Of a DNA stretch of 64,000 bases, positions 12,331-26,100 are shown piece by piece (position 1 is the stretch's first letter; every line of letters starts with the position of its first letter). The notes below the pieces were generated by a model. It made no database searches. It saw only the letters and a list, made by a program, of their open reading frames with translations, and was not told the DNA's origin. The stretch is from Octopus sinensis. Taxonomy: Eukaryota. The translations under genes were made by a program, and so were the position numbers. Where the stretch lies: contig NC_043004.1 in the NCBI RefSeq assembly GCF_006345805.1, positions 97,960,001 to 98,024,000 of the forward strand. The letters are read 5' to 3'.

Positions 12331-12337
12331 ATATAAA

Positions 12338-12421
<84 letters not shown>

Positions 12422-12879
12422 AAGATAGATAATTTAAAATTGTATACACACATGTATATATGCACAAACATACACGCAAACTAAAATTACAATTAGGCTT
12501 GTCCGACCCCAGTTGAATTAAACAGCCAGAAAATACTCACGGAAATCGAACCACGTATCTATCATAATATAAGCGACTTTGTGAAACATTACACCAAAAC
12601 CACTCTTTGTATATAGAAATTAGTACGTTTGCTACCATGTATTAATATAATATTCAATCTTTTTACGTATCAATATCATCGCTATTTGATAGCGTAGGCT
12701 GTATAACGCTTAATTCATATTATATTTTCATATTTATCACAGTTTCAATGATGAAATTCACTGTGTGACTTTATTAATGATGCAAAACACTTTCTAGCAT
12801 ACAAATATTAGTTGTCGAAAATAAATTTAATTGAATTGAATGTTTATTTATAAACGTAAACGTTTGTCGTTTACGTTTA

Positions 12880-13285
12880 ACACCTACTGGTAATTTTGGC
12901 TTCAAATTTTGGCACAAGGCAGCAGTTCGGTGAGAGAGGGTAGGTCGTTTACACTGGTCTTGATGCTCAACTGGTACTTATTTTATTGACACTGAGGATG
13001 AAAAGTAGATGACCTCGGTGGAATTTGAACTCAGAATGCAAAGTCGGAAGAGATGCAGTGAAGCATTTTTTCCGACGTGCTAACGATTCTGCCGGCACGC
13101 CGCTTAGCATACTAGTAATATTCTTTCCTACTCTAGGCACAAGGCCCGAATTTTTTTTTTTTTTTTTTTGGTGGAGGGGCAATCGATTACATCAACCCCA
13201 GTACGCAGCTGGCATTTAATTTATATACCCCGAAAAGATGAAAGGCATAGTCGACCTCAGCGGAATTTGAAGTGAAGACGTAAAG
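12880..13285 (-). mobile_element. Two degenerate SINE family A copies (tail type 2)
   Basis: Two diverged cores (actggtacttattttattgac...; cccgaaaagatgaaaggcatagtcgacctc). Confidence 0.7.
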
Positions 13286-13549
13286 CCTACTAGTAATAAA
13301 TATTAGCATATCTATATATGTGTGGAGATACATACATATGGGTGTGTGGGCGTATATGCATGTACATATTTGTATACGTATATATATATATGTTTTGTAT
13401 GGATATAAATATATATTCAAACATTCATCCCACGCACACATATATGTGCGTTCACATAAATGTAATTGCGTGTGTATGCATGTATATTTATAAATGTAGC
13501 TATGCACACATAAATTAATACATTCATACATACATATATATATATTTAT

Positions 13550-13561
13550 ATATATATATAT

Positions 13562-13599
<38 letters not shown>

Positions 13600-13653
13600 T
13601 ATATATATATGTATTTATATATGTATGTACATGTATATCTATCTATCTAGCTA

Positions 13654-13727
<74 letters not shown>

Positions 13728-13730
13728 TAT
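13550..13730. repeat. (TA)n/(CT)n compound microsatellite
   Basis: Read directly from the sequence. Confidence 0.95.
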
Positions 13731-14048
13731 ATGCAAATACAGTATAATGTGTTATTGAAATCAGATTTGGCAGTTGCAACGTGTTGTATGTCACTGCAAT
13801 CAGTAGAGTAAAAAGTGTGCTACGGCACAATACATAGAAATACTGACATATTAAATAGATTTATACAGCATATATTGTTTTGCATTTTAGTGAGTTTTAC
13901 ATTTTATTATATTTTTAATGCATTTATGCAATCTTGCACTAGAAAAACACCTGGCACTTTCATACCATATACTTTTCTATGCCAAATTTTCGCGTTATAA
14001 TTCCAGGTGCGAATATATGTATATTTGTGTGTGCATGTATACATACTT

Positions 14049-14095
<47 letters not shown>

Positions 14096-14142
14096 AGAAA
14101 AATATAAATCCGGAGAAGCACACTTTAAGAAGTAGAGCAATC

Positions 14143-15450
14143 TATATTTTTTCCTGGTGAGGGCCAATTTATGGAGTTACCCTAGGTTTCCCGTCAATAA
14201 ACGGTTTAACTTTATGGCGTATCCTCAGACCCCCAAGACCTGTTGGCCAGTGACCTCTTTAAAATATGGTGGGGGAGTCTGAATTATCTCACTTTGCCAA
14301 TGGCTATCGACTTCCGGTCGTTCTGCCATCGTTCAGCTGTGAGGGTAAACAATAGGCGATTATCTCCCTTTCCCGTTAGCTATCAACTTTCGGCAGTTCC
14401 CAGAAGCCATGAAGAAATCTTTTAAAATGCAAACATGGCTTGAATGGATGTGATTTGGCCATTTAAGTTGGAAGGCGGCTTTCCATTACGACCCAACCGC
14501 ACCATCACTGGTGGGGGGAATAACTACTGCATTAAATCGAGAAAACACCCGCCCAGAATGAAGGACCTCGAGCCTTTCGAAGCGGACCTGCTGGGAATCA
14601 TCCCCAAACTAAAGTTCTGTAAGTCCTTTTCCTCCTTCCAATTTAAGCTCCGGACCAATATTAGAGTTTTAAAAACTCAGATAGGTCCCTAATTTTCTCC
14701 GATAAGGCGAAGAACTTATATAGGTTAGACACCCTAGAATACGATAGGCTACTAGGAAATAATATCGTACACACATATAGGCACTCCCCCCACACACATA
14801 TAGGTACATCAATAGTGAAGCCAAAATATTAGCTAACGAACTAGAAATACCAGATGGTGTAGAAATTCTGGCTAAAAGAAACGCTTTTATCACCATAAAA
14901 GACAACAAACCGAACTTTGCCTTCCCCCCTAAGTGCTGCCTGATCAATCCGACCAAATCTGAGATCGGTCTGTCAAGCAAATATATATTGATAGATATCA
15001 ACAATGCCGTGAGAAGGGCCACCAACCTTTCCTTGTGATGCAGCATCATGGAAGTGACTGCATTGTTTAACGTTAACAAGAAGGCAAGGTTCACCCAACT
15101 TGATACAGTCGATTTTTGCCCGTCTACATCAAAAGGGTTACTGACCAAAGCGCTTTCTTTCGCCAGGGGCTTCACTAGCGTTTGGGGCTGAGATGAAGAA
15201 TTTGCTATGCATACTAGGAAAAAAGTACTGTTTAGGAAAAATTTGGTATAGGTCAAGCAATCCGACCTCACGGGTTCCTTTGACGTTGCTTTGGGAACCT
15301 ACGACCGTGCTGAGGTGTGCGACCTCATAGGATTGTACATCCTGGATACCCTTAGAAAAAGTTCCCCTCTGTCCTCTTTGGCCTTTACAGAGATGACGCC
15401 CTGGTCATCTCTAGGGGAGCAAGCAACCACACACTAGATAGGACCGATTG
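14143..15450 (+). pseudogene. Decayed Penelope-like element: 5' region plus reverse transcriptase, truncated after the catalytic motif
   Basis: Frameshifted translation gives LSWKAAFHY, IKSRKHPPRMKDLEPFEADLL, AFITIKDNKPNFAFPPKCCLINPTKSEIGLSSK, DVALGTYDRAEVCDLIGLYILDTL and LYRDDAL (YRDD). Preceded by (TA)n. Confidence 0.8.
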
Positions 15451-16330
15451 TAGCAGCAGTAACGGACCCAGTGCCGACACCAAATATGTCGGCAACAACA
15501 CTAACAACAGCAGCAGCGGCCTAGTAGATGCACCGGTATAATCCCAACTAATGACACTTCTGGCAGTAGTAGCAACGCCTCCATAACCAGCAACGGCGAT
15601 AGTATTACCAATGGCACTCCTACCTTCACCAACAGCCCCAGCTGCAGCAACAGCACCGTCGATGACGACACCAGCAGCAACAACATCAGCGATGACATCA
15701 ACAACATTGACAGTATTAGTAACAATATAAACAGGTGCTTTACTGGAAACACATGCGGGGGCGGTAACAATACCTATTTCTTTATTACCCACAAGGGGCT
15801 ATACACAGAGGGGACAAACAAGGACAGACAAACGGATTAAGTCGATTACATCGACCCCAGAGCGTAACTGGTACTTTATTTATCGACCCCGAAAGGATGA
15901 AAAGCAAAGTCGACCTCGGCGGAATTTGAACTCAGAACGTAGCGGCAGACGAAATGATGCTAAGTATTTCGCCCGGCGTGCTAACGTTTCTGCCAGCTCG
16001 CCGCCTTAACAATACCGACTCAACCACCACCTCCAACGGCACCACCGCCAACACCAGCAGGCCCAGTTCCAGCGTAATCGGCAGCAGCAGCAGCAGCATC
16101 AACAGCATCAAAAACATCAACTGCGACAACAACAGCAACGACGGCAACAACACCAACAGCAGCAGCAGCAACAATAACATCATCAGCAGCATTAACAGAA
16201 CCAGCAGCAGCACCACCACCACCAATGCCAACAATATTGGCGACAGCAACGGCATCGGCTGCTACATCTAGATCAACAGCAGCAGCAGCAGCAACTGTGG
16301 CAACAGCAGCAATAATAGGTACAGCACCGA
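15450..16330. repeat. CAG/CAA/CAC low-complexity region interrupted by a SINE A copy (15772-16010, minus strand)
   Basis: Trinucleotide-derived runs; the SINE core and tail are read directly. Confidence 0.85.
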
Positions 16331-16576
16331 CATCTCACGCCCACGGAAATATATTAGTTGTACGGGAAATTTATTTAAGAAGCGTGTTTACAATCATCGA
16401 CTCTCTTTCAGAGTCCCAGAAAGGAGATATGTAACATCGCTGGCCAACCACTGTTGGCAGAGTTCCACACTCGATCTCACGGAAAATCCTCGAACACCCA
16501 GGCCCCTACATCTACAGGACGAAACACTGCAAGCTGTGCATAGCGGAATGCATGAGAATCCTAAGGGACTCACTCG

Positions 16577-16742
16577 AGCCATTGGCAAAGGGAGATAATC
16601 CAGATTTCCCTTCTATATTTTAAAGATGTCACAGGCCAACAGGTCTTGGGGTCTGACGATACGCCACAAAGTTAAACCGTTTATTGACGGGAAACCCAGG
16701 GTAACCCCATAAATCGGCCTTGACCAGGATAAAAAGAATTAT
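16577..16742 (-). mobile_element. Inverted copy of the PLE 5'/pLTR segment
   Basis: The reverse complement matches 14143-14305 with moderate divergence (cctggt...ccgtcaataaacggtttaacttt...tttgccaatggct). Abuts (TA)n at ~16749. Confidence 0.8.
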
Positions 16743-17120
16743 AAATTTTATATATATATATATATATAAAGATATGATCGTTATTTAAAATACCAATCAT
16801 ATCAAGTGACTAGCGTCAGAATAAAAACCTCATAGGTAATAATTATTATTAAAATTATAATTAAGGGTAACTAAACGATACCAGCAAGCTAGATATAGCA
16901 GTCAAAAATTGACTCGAAAACCACATCAAATATTCATACAGCACCGGGAGAGAAAACAGTTTATTTTGTTAATTTATTTCATCTCTTTGTTTATTTTGCT
17001 AGTTTATTTTGTCTCTTTGTCTTCCCTCCTGCTGCTGTATGAATATGTATGTTTTTTAGTCAAGTTTTGATTGCTATATCTAGCATGCTGGTATCTGTTA
17101 GATTCCCCTAATTATGATTT

Positions 17121-17166
<46 letters not shown>

Positions 17167-17947
17167 CCTGGAACTGGAACTATATCTATATGCTATCTGA
17201 CAGATAGGCCTCTTGATCAGGACACTTTTTTGCAATTTTTCGCCAAAAATCGTCGCTGAGGACTTTTGAAATTATTTAGACGCCATGTTCGACCGTTTCA
17301 CATTCATTAAAACTTAGTAAAACTTCATAAGTTCTTACAACTTTAGTCGTCGTAATTCTTTGTTTTCATTTGTTTAATAAAATTTCCACTCAGTAATGAT
17401 TTTGCTTTCATTTAGTGATAGACAGCTATTATGCACAAAATGCCAGCTTGTAAACCCTGTTTTCTGATTAGGTAAAATGGATTAAAATTTAAACGTCAGT
17501 AACATATTTCTGCAATTTTTCTGGAACAATTAAATAACAACCTCGGATTTAACGTGGAAAACCTATCTCAAAATACCAAATTTGGAAATTTTGAAGTAGT
17601 TTTAAAATTTCACAATATGTGACAGCAACAGAGAAGACCCAACAAAGGTAGAGGGACAGACAGTCATAGGATGTCACTCACACACACGCGCCGTCACACA
17701 CACATTTACAAACGTACACACTGGTAATCGCGAGTTTAAAATGGAATATAGTAGACATATGTATGTATATATGTATATATATTTGTATATATGTGTGTGA
17801 GTGAGTGTTTCGTAGCGATAGATTGCAGAAAAGCCACCTGTGAACAATTATTGCCAACTTACCCCTTCTCTCATTAAAACTACGTATTCCTCACACTCCC
17901 CTTTCATTCCCTTCCTCAGCGTTTTAAAAGTTACTTATGTGTATGTC

Positions 17948-17986
<39 letters not shown>

Positions 17987-19404
17987 ATTGAGTGTGTGTG
18001 TATGTATGAATGTATTTATGTATTTACGAAAGTGTGTATGCAGCGTCGCGCCTATATAACTTAATGACAGCTGTATTAACGTTACCGTCCCACTGCCGCT
18101 CCGTGTTGTCGCTTACACACCTTTGTTCTCCCCTTCTCTGATATCAGCAATACTGCCTATGTCACCATATTTCCCTCATGCTAACACTCTTGCCCCCTTC
18201 TCACATTATCAAATAATATCCCAGCCCACCTAGGAGCCCTATTATAGATATTTATTGAAATCCAATTTACCTATAATTCAACTGGCTGTTAGTTTAACAT
18301 GCATGCAAAGTTTCGTCACGATTAGCTCACTGATGTAGGCAGCAAGATGGTAACAGACAGATAGATAGACAGAAATTGCCATTTTTGTATAAGATTTGCA
18401 AACAAACAAACAAACATATATATATATATATGTGTGTGTGTGTATATATATATATACACACACACGTATAAGATCCACATAATGTGACATGGGCGCATAG
18501 GACTCATTCACCTCGTCAGATGTACGGAGACAGTCTCCTGCTCCGAATACCAGACAATGGATATGTGTTCTGTGCGCCCAAGAAACATTGAGAAATTTGA
18601 AACTGAACTAAATTATTAAATACTTGTAAAACCAACCTCTTACATACGCGTATGTGTGTATATGTGTGCGTGTTTGTGTGTATTGTTTGTAGCGATTAAA
18701 ATGACAAGAAGAGAAATATCATTAATTGCTGTTGTTACACAAAAATAATTTGCTTTGCTGTTATCAAGTCAATAGTTAACGAAATTCATCTTTGTTGACT
18801 GCTAAAAGACTGGTAGGAAAATAAGAGAGAAATAGTAAAAGAATCTAGCTCTCTAGGTTGACAACTATATCGAATGAAAGTTGTCATCAAGATGACAATC
18901 CATAACCGAAGGGAGAGAAATAGTTGCACTTCGGTTAGGCGCAAAAAGTGGCCAAAGACATACAACAGATTTTCTAGTCTGTATTTATATTTCTTCTAAC
19001 TAAATGAGATCAAGCAGGACAAAAAGTTTTCCGTTTCTGATCTGGCTGAATCCTAAGAATGTTAACTTAGACAATAAAACTTAACTAAGTGTGACAGCTG
19101 ACTCATAAATTTATAAATGCAAAAGCTAAGGACAAGAGGAAAAGAACTTGTTTCGAATCCTAGCTTAGAACCTTAGGAAACTGTTCGGTATATACACACG
19201 CGCACACACAAACATATATATATACACACACACACACACACAACATATATAGTAGTCCAGTTCTCTTGTACAAATTATTGGTACCTTGAGTAAAAATTCT
19301 CAGTTTATCGCTCAAACAAAAGTTACACCCCATGTTAAATTTGGTGTTCCCGTTCCTGTATGGTTGTGTATTATGTACATATATACACGTATATATACAT
19401 ACAT

Positions 19405-19439
19405 ATACATACATACCTGCACACAGCACACGCTAATAT

Positions 19440-19470
<31 letters not shown>

Positions 19471-19698
19471 ATAAAATATTAGGGAATAAATCCAAACTTA
19501 CAGGGAAAAATCAGATTTAGGATTAAATCCAATTTTATAATAAAATATATTATATTATATTATATTAAATTAGAGATAAAACCACTATTAGGCAAATCAA
19601 ACAATGAAAAACATAAGCCAATACATAAAATTAATTAATTTATATTATTTTAAATATATATATATACATACATACCTGCACACAGCACACGCTAATAT

Positions 19699-19735
<37 letters not shown>

Positions 19736-19961
19736 ATAAAATATTAGGGAATAAATCCAAACTTACAGGGAAAAATCAGATTTAGGATTAAATCCAATTT
19801 TATAATAAAATATATTATATTATATTATATTAAATTAGAGATAAAACCACTATTAGGCAAATCAAACAATGAAAAACATAAGCCAATACATAAAATTAAT
19901 TAATTTATATTATTTTAAATATATATATATACATACATACCTGCACACAGCACACGCTAAT
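19405..19961 (+). repeat. Tandem duplication of a ~260-bp unit (2 copies plus a partial third)
   Basis: cctgcacacagcacacgctaat recurs at 19416, 19675 and 19940. The units differ only in microsatellite length and contain the repeat also seen at 50300-50560. Confidence 0.9.
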
Positions 19962-19995
19962 AATGTCTATATCTATATCTATATCTATATCTACA

Positions 19996-20104
<109 letters not shown>

Positions 20105-20599
20105 GGTATGTAGAAAAATACAACATGGACAAGAACGTATAACTCATAGAAGACGATACAATAAACATGGACAGGACATTCGAACCCCTCAGTCTTCAGT
20201 CAAGAACCGGATCATCGTAGTAATTTCGGCTGATTAATATATATATATATATGCCCTGAGACTGGCATCTTTATTGTAAATAAGTTCCACCAAATTCGAG
20301 CGTAAATATGCAAATCGTCGTTGTATTTGTCACAGAACTGATTTTCCTTCACGACGACTATGTGCTCATTGAATAGTCGATTTATTTCTATTAGGGATTC
20401 CAGTACAGAGGTGTTTCCAAATGTGTCTCGTCATCTAGAAGAACTAATGAAGCGATAATACTATGAGACATAGTCATCGTAAAAGTGAAGTTGTTTCCAG
20501 AGACGAACACAAAAGCCATTAACATTTGAGTCCGCAAGCGCATACTAAGAATACATATTCAAGTTATCAACTCGAATGCCACTGATCAGCGTACAAATG

Positions 20600-20600
20600 A

Positions 20601-20672
<72 letters not shown>

Positions 20673-20689
20673 GTATCTATGTATCTATG

Positions 20690-20740
<51 letters not shown>

Positions 20741-20812
20741 TTCCCCCTCTCTATGTCTGTCTGTCTCTCTGTATATATGTATGTACATGTATATATCTAT
20801 GGGTATGTATAC

Positions 20813-20851
<39 letters not shown>

Positions 20852-20906
20852 TATATATATGCATATATATATACATATATATATATACATATATATATAT
20901 ATTATA

Positions 20907-20943
<37 letters not shown>

Positions 20944-21017
20944 GTATATATATGTATACGTATATATATACATATATATATATATACATTATATATATAT
21001 GTATATATATGTATACG

Positions 21018-21049
<32 letters not shown>

Positions 21050-21096
21050 ATATATATATGTATATATATTGATGCATATATCTATCTATCTATCAA

Positions 21097-21131
<35 letters not shown>

Positions 21132-21240
21132 GCATATGTATATCTAACTATCTATCCATCCATCCATGTATGTATGTATGTATGTATGTATGTATGTATC
21201 TATCTATCTATCTATCTATCTGCATCTGTGTGTATGATCA
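20600..21240. repeat. (CTAT)n/(TA)n/(TATG)n compound microsatellite
   Basis: Read directly; accounts for the ORF-track calls here. Confidence 0.95.
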
Positions 21241-21809
21241 CATATATACGCAGGTATGATTATACGCATATATATATGTTTTCGTAAATCCCTTTAAGTT
21301 ACGTAAGCTCCTTCGTATGACATGTCATGTTGTCTATCTTGCATGTATGTTCCATTACGTCTTGAAAAGAAAGGAATATTATTGCTATTAGTTATTGTTT
21401 GCTGAAGCTAATTTTTTCCCCTTTTTTTTTTTTTGTATCGTATCAAGGATTTCTGCGAGTAACAAAACACCTCATCAAGTATAACGAAAATCTTGGTATT
21501 TTCTTTGATCTATCCACCCTCTATTATCACCTTTTGATCTATCAACACCCCATTATGGTGGAGGAGATGTTGATAGATCAATCAACCAACCCTTGTATTG
21601 TCACCTTTGAATGCTTGTGTTGTTTTTGTTTTTTTTCTGTTGCTTTCTGCGTCAATCAAAATCCAATAATAATAAGCGAAGTTACGTTGACAAACTGAAG
21701 CTGTGACATGTGACATTGTTGTCAGGGATGTCGCAGCAATTGGTGTTGATAGAGAAACGGTAGAAACGTCAGTGGCGCTGATGTTGATGGTAGTGATGGG
21801 AACGGTAGC

Positions 21810-21880
21810 GGTGTTGTTGTTGCTGCTGCTGTTGCTGCTGCTGCTGTTGCTGCTGCTGCTGTTGTTGTTGTTCTTGCAGC

Positions 21881-21943
<63 letters not shown>

Positions 21944-22100
21944 GGTGGTAGTAGTAGTAGCAGTAGTGGTGGTGGTGGTGGTGGTAGTAGTAGCAGTAGT
22001 GGAGGTGGTGGAGGTGGTGGTGGTGGTAGTAGTAGTAGTAATGGAGGTGGTGGTAGTAGCAGTAGCGGTGGTGGCGGTGGTGTTAGTAGAAGTAGTAGTT

Positions 22101-22131
<31 letters not shown>

Positions 22132-22215
22132 TGGTGGTGGTAGTGGTAGTAGTAGTGGTGGTGGTGGTGCTGGTGTTAGTAGAAGTAGTAGTTGTAGTAG
22201 TAGTAGTAGTGGTAG
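21810..22215. repeat. (GCT/GTT/GTA/GTG)n trinucleotide low-complexity tract
   Basis: Read directly. Confidence 0.95.
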
Positions 22216-22640
22216 TAGGGATCTTTTCGGCTTTGAAGCCAGGAGAACAGATCTTTCTACTTAACTAAATAATTTGAAACTTCGTGTGCTAATACAGTGT
22301 CTCAAAACAACACACAAGTTGAAACTAGTTTATTTGAGAAAAATCTATTTTATGACTTTAATCGTAGATTAAAACTGCGAATTTTAGCCAATCGTATTGT
22401 CTGTATTTATGTGAACTTATTATCTGCGTAGTGTTATCTGTGACGTGGAAAGCAATTTGTCAAAATGTAAACATTGCTAAACATTGCTTTATCGTAATCG
22501 TACACAGTTTTTCAGTTCCCTAGAATTATATTCGAAACAAAATAAAAAGAAAAAGGATTCATACGCATAAATATCCATCCTTAGACATCAGAAAGATTAG
22601 AAATGCAACAAAAATTTTAAATACCAACCATATCTACTTT

Positions 22641-22928
22641 TCATTTTTCTGTGGCGAACACTCTGTAGGTTATTGCTTTCCTCTTGAAACTTTTTATCAT
22701 TTTCCTTGGCTGTGACAACTCGGCGTCTCCGCCTACTTTCATCACCAATTTTTGACAATCCGGTAACTTGGACAGGTCTACCACTTTTCTGGTTGGTTTC
22801 ATCGCTCCTGCGTGCGTTGCTCTTCCATCCAACACCTTGTCCAGCCTACTGATCGCCCTTGCCAACTCCTCCTGAGAGGTTGATATATCCGACTCACTGA
22901 GGTCAGAGTAAACATTCTTTCTCTCCAT
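22641..22928 (-). CDS. Unassigned 95-aa non-repetitive ORF, possibly the ORF1 start of an L1/Tx1-like element
   Basis: Normal amino-acid complexity and higher GC than the flanks, with an Inr-like TCAGTT ~27 nt upstream of the ATG. No domain recognised. Confidence 0.25.
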   Translation of the reverse strand: MERKNVYSDLSESDISTSQEELARAISRLDKVLDGRATHAGAMKPTRKVVDLSKLPDCQKLVMKVGGDAELSQPRKMIKSFKRKAITYRVFATEK

Positions 22929-22967
22929 TCCTTCTGGCTAAGCACTACGGCAACAACTGACACAAAC

Positions 22968-23205
22968 GAAATACCTATTTCTTTACTACCCACAAGGGAC
23001 TAAACACGGAGGGGACAAACAAGGACAGACAAACGAATTAAGTCGATTACATCGGCCCCAGTGCGTAACTGGTACTTAATTTATCGATCCTGAAAGGATG
23101 AAAAGCAAAGTCGACCTCGGCGGAACTCGAACTCAGAACGTAACGGCAGACGAAATAACGCTAAGCATTTCGCCCGGCCAGGCTAACTATTCTGCCAGCT
23201 AGCAG
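22968..23205 (-). mobile_element. SINE family A
   Basis: Full core and type-1 tail. Confidence 0.85.
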
Positions 23206-23451
23206 CCCATGCGTATAAAGAATATTGAGTTGAGAAAATGCGATAAATTTGTATATTTGAATAAAACGAATTTTCTTTTACTTTTTTTTTTGACATGGAA
23301 AGCAAATATTTCTATTATATATGTATTTATATGAAAATAAAAATACTTTATTGAGTTTTTACATAACAAATGTTTTCATATAATAGTTTTACTCTAAAAA
23401 TATCAGCGTATGTTTGCACAAGGTGAGTTTTGTGCACAGACACACAGACGC

Positions 23452-23486
<35 letters not shown>

Positions 23487-23954
23487 CGCGCGCGCAAGAC
23501 AGTAAAAATGGAGAGGTTCACATATTATCGAAAAGTTTGCGTATACATATATACAGGAAAACGGTACATTATTGTACTTATGTATATATATATATACGCA
23601 CAAAATAATAATACCGCAAGTCGGTTTGATCTTTCATCTATGTTTAAATATTTGACTACATCTCTTTCATCACACCATAATTAATAAAATTACCAGTAAC
23701 ATAAGAGGATAGATGCTATTAACAGACCTCCTCTCTGGCAAAATGTTGTCAGCATTGTGAATCGTTACCACACCGAAACAAAATATCCTTAGTAACATTT
23801 CGTTCGTCTTTAGGTTCTGAGTTCAAATTCCGTCGAAGCCGAAATTGCTTACAATTTTCGTAGTCGATAAATTGAAATTCTAGTTGATCGCCTACACCGA
23901 ATTTGCTGCTCGTGTCTCAAAATTTGAAATCATTTTTCTTTATTATAGTTATTA

Positions 23955-24360
23955 AGGCGGAGCCGAGTTGGCAGAATCGTTAGCACGCCAGGCGAAATGC
24001 GTAGCTGTATTTCGTCTGCCGTTACGTTCTGAGTTCAAATTCCGCCGAGGTCGACTTTGCCTTTGATCCTTTCGGGGTCGATTAAATAAGTACCAGTTAC
24101 GCACTGGGATCGATATAATCGACTTAATCCGTTTGTCTGTCCTTGTTTGTTCTCTCTGTGTTTAGCTCCTTGTGGGTAGTAAAGAAATAGGTATTTCGAC
24201 CGTCGCTACATTCTGAGTTCAAATTTCGCCAAAGCCGACTTTTCTTTTCATTCTTTCAGGATCGATAAAATGAAATACCTGTTGATCACTGGAGTTGATG
24301 TAATCGACTCATCCTTTTCCCTAAACTGCTGTCCTTCTGGCAAAATTTGAAATCATTATT
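23955..24360 (+). mobile_element. SINE family A dimer: a full unit plus a headless unit with a different tail
   Basis: Head at 23955, tail ending aaagaaata, then ggtatttcg... restarts the core and ends in caaaatttgaaatcatt. Confidence 0.8.
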
Positions 24361-24915
24361 ATTATATTTATTTATTACCAATGTTATTGGCTTTGTTTCG
24401 TTATAGATATAACTGATACTCTTTGCTGTAACACTTTCTTATTTAGATTAGCATCAACTCTGATTTAGTAGACCTATGAACGTAGGTGTTCCAGCCGTGA
24501 GCATCCCATCTTATTTTCAGTCTAAGTATATCTAAGAATATGTTACTCAAAGGGTGATAATTTATTGGAGATTTCGTTGCAATTTATAACTGGCTGAGTG
24601 AACTACAAAAAGGTTCTGTGGCTGGCTTGATGTTGTAGGTGTTGTTATTGTTGTGGTTTTGTTGTTGCTGTTTGTCATTGGTCATGTTAGGACTTTAATG
24701 AATTCTTTAAAGATGATGTAGTCATAGCAACCAGGTTTAGTTTTGTTTGTTTGTCCTTAACAGACGACTTAGGTTTGGCGTAGGTTGGAAGTGGAGATGT
24801 TGTTGCTATAGCCTGGTGTTATGAAGTTTTGTTTGGTGTTCAATCGTTTGGTGTGTAACACAAGGTAGGATGGTGTGGTGGGGCTGTAGTGTTTAGTGTA
24901 GTGTGATACGACGTA

Positions 24916-24954
<39 letters not shown>

Positions 24955-25246
24955 TGTGACAGTTGGATGTCTGGTGTGGTACGTTAAGGTACGGGGTGGT
25001 ACGTGACGTGGTGTGGAAGTGTGAAATTCGTGTGATATTTTGATTGTCGTTTCTGTAGTTTGCAGTGAGGCAAGCAATATATGGAGTGTGATGTGGTAGT
25101 TTAGTGGGGTGTCATGGTGAATGTACTGAAATAGAGTGGTGTGCAGTGCGCTGCGCTATAGTAAGTCGTTCAGTGGTTCTCAATCCAGGTCCACATGTCC
25201 ATTCAAGGTGGAGTCTGTATAAGATTTTGTTGTCAAAATTTACATA

Positions 25247-25925
25247 GCGCAGGAGTGACTGTGTGGTAAGTTGCTTGTTTACCAGCCACATGGTTCCGGG
25301 TTCAATCCCACTGCGTGGCACCTTGGGCAAGTGTCTTCTACTATAGCCTCGGGCCGACCAAAGCCTTGTGAGTGGATTTGTTAGACGGAAACTGAAAGAA
25401 GCCCGTCGTATATATGTATATAGATGTATATATGTGTGTGTGTTTGTGTGTTTGTGTGTCTGTGCTTGTCCCCCTAGCATTGCTTGACAACCGATGCTGG
25501 TGTGTTTATGTCCCCGTTACTGAGCGGTTCGGCAAAAGAGACCGATAGAATAAGTACTGGGCTTACAAAAGAATAAGTCCCGGGGTCGAGTTGCTCGATT
25601 AAAGGCGGTGCTCCAGCATGGCCGCGGTCAGATGATTGAAACAAGTAAAGAAAGCAATAAATTGGTTATACTTCTAGAATACACAAATATATTTTAACTA
25701 TTTTTTTAGGAGTGGCTGTGTGGTAAGTAGCTTGCTTACGAATCACATGGTTCCGGGTTCAGTTCCACTGCGTGGCACCTTGGTCAAGTGTCTTCTACTA
25801 TAGCCTCGGGCCAACCAAAGCCTTGTGAGTGGATTTGGTAGACGGAAACTGAAAGAAACTCGCCGTATATATGTATATATATGTATATGTATGTGTGTGT
25901 CTGTCATTTGTCCCCCCAATATGCC
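25247..25925 (+). mobile_element. SINE family B: full copy (25247-25653) plus partial copy (25708-25925)
   Basis: High identity to 626-1040. Confidence 0.85.
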
Positions 25926-26100
25926 GCTAAGAATGTCTCTACTGGCGCGTCAGCTATTCTGCCAGCACCTTATAATTACTAATAATATTTAATTTCAAAA
26001 ATATAATTACTTGTAGGCACGTGATATCTCGTTATGCAACCATAATATACTATAAAATATATTAAATACTATAAAATAAATACTGTAGATACTATAAAGA

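Noticed and set aside
20380-20520. VFPNVSRHLEELMKR similarity to hAT/Buster transposase
   Set aside because: Too short, with no termini or supporting motifs.
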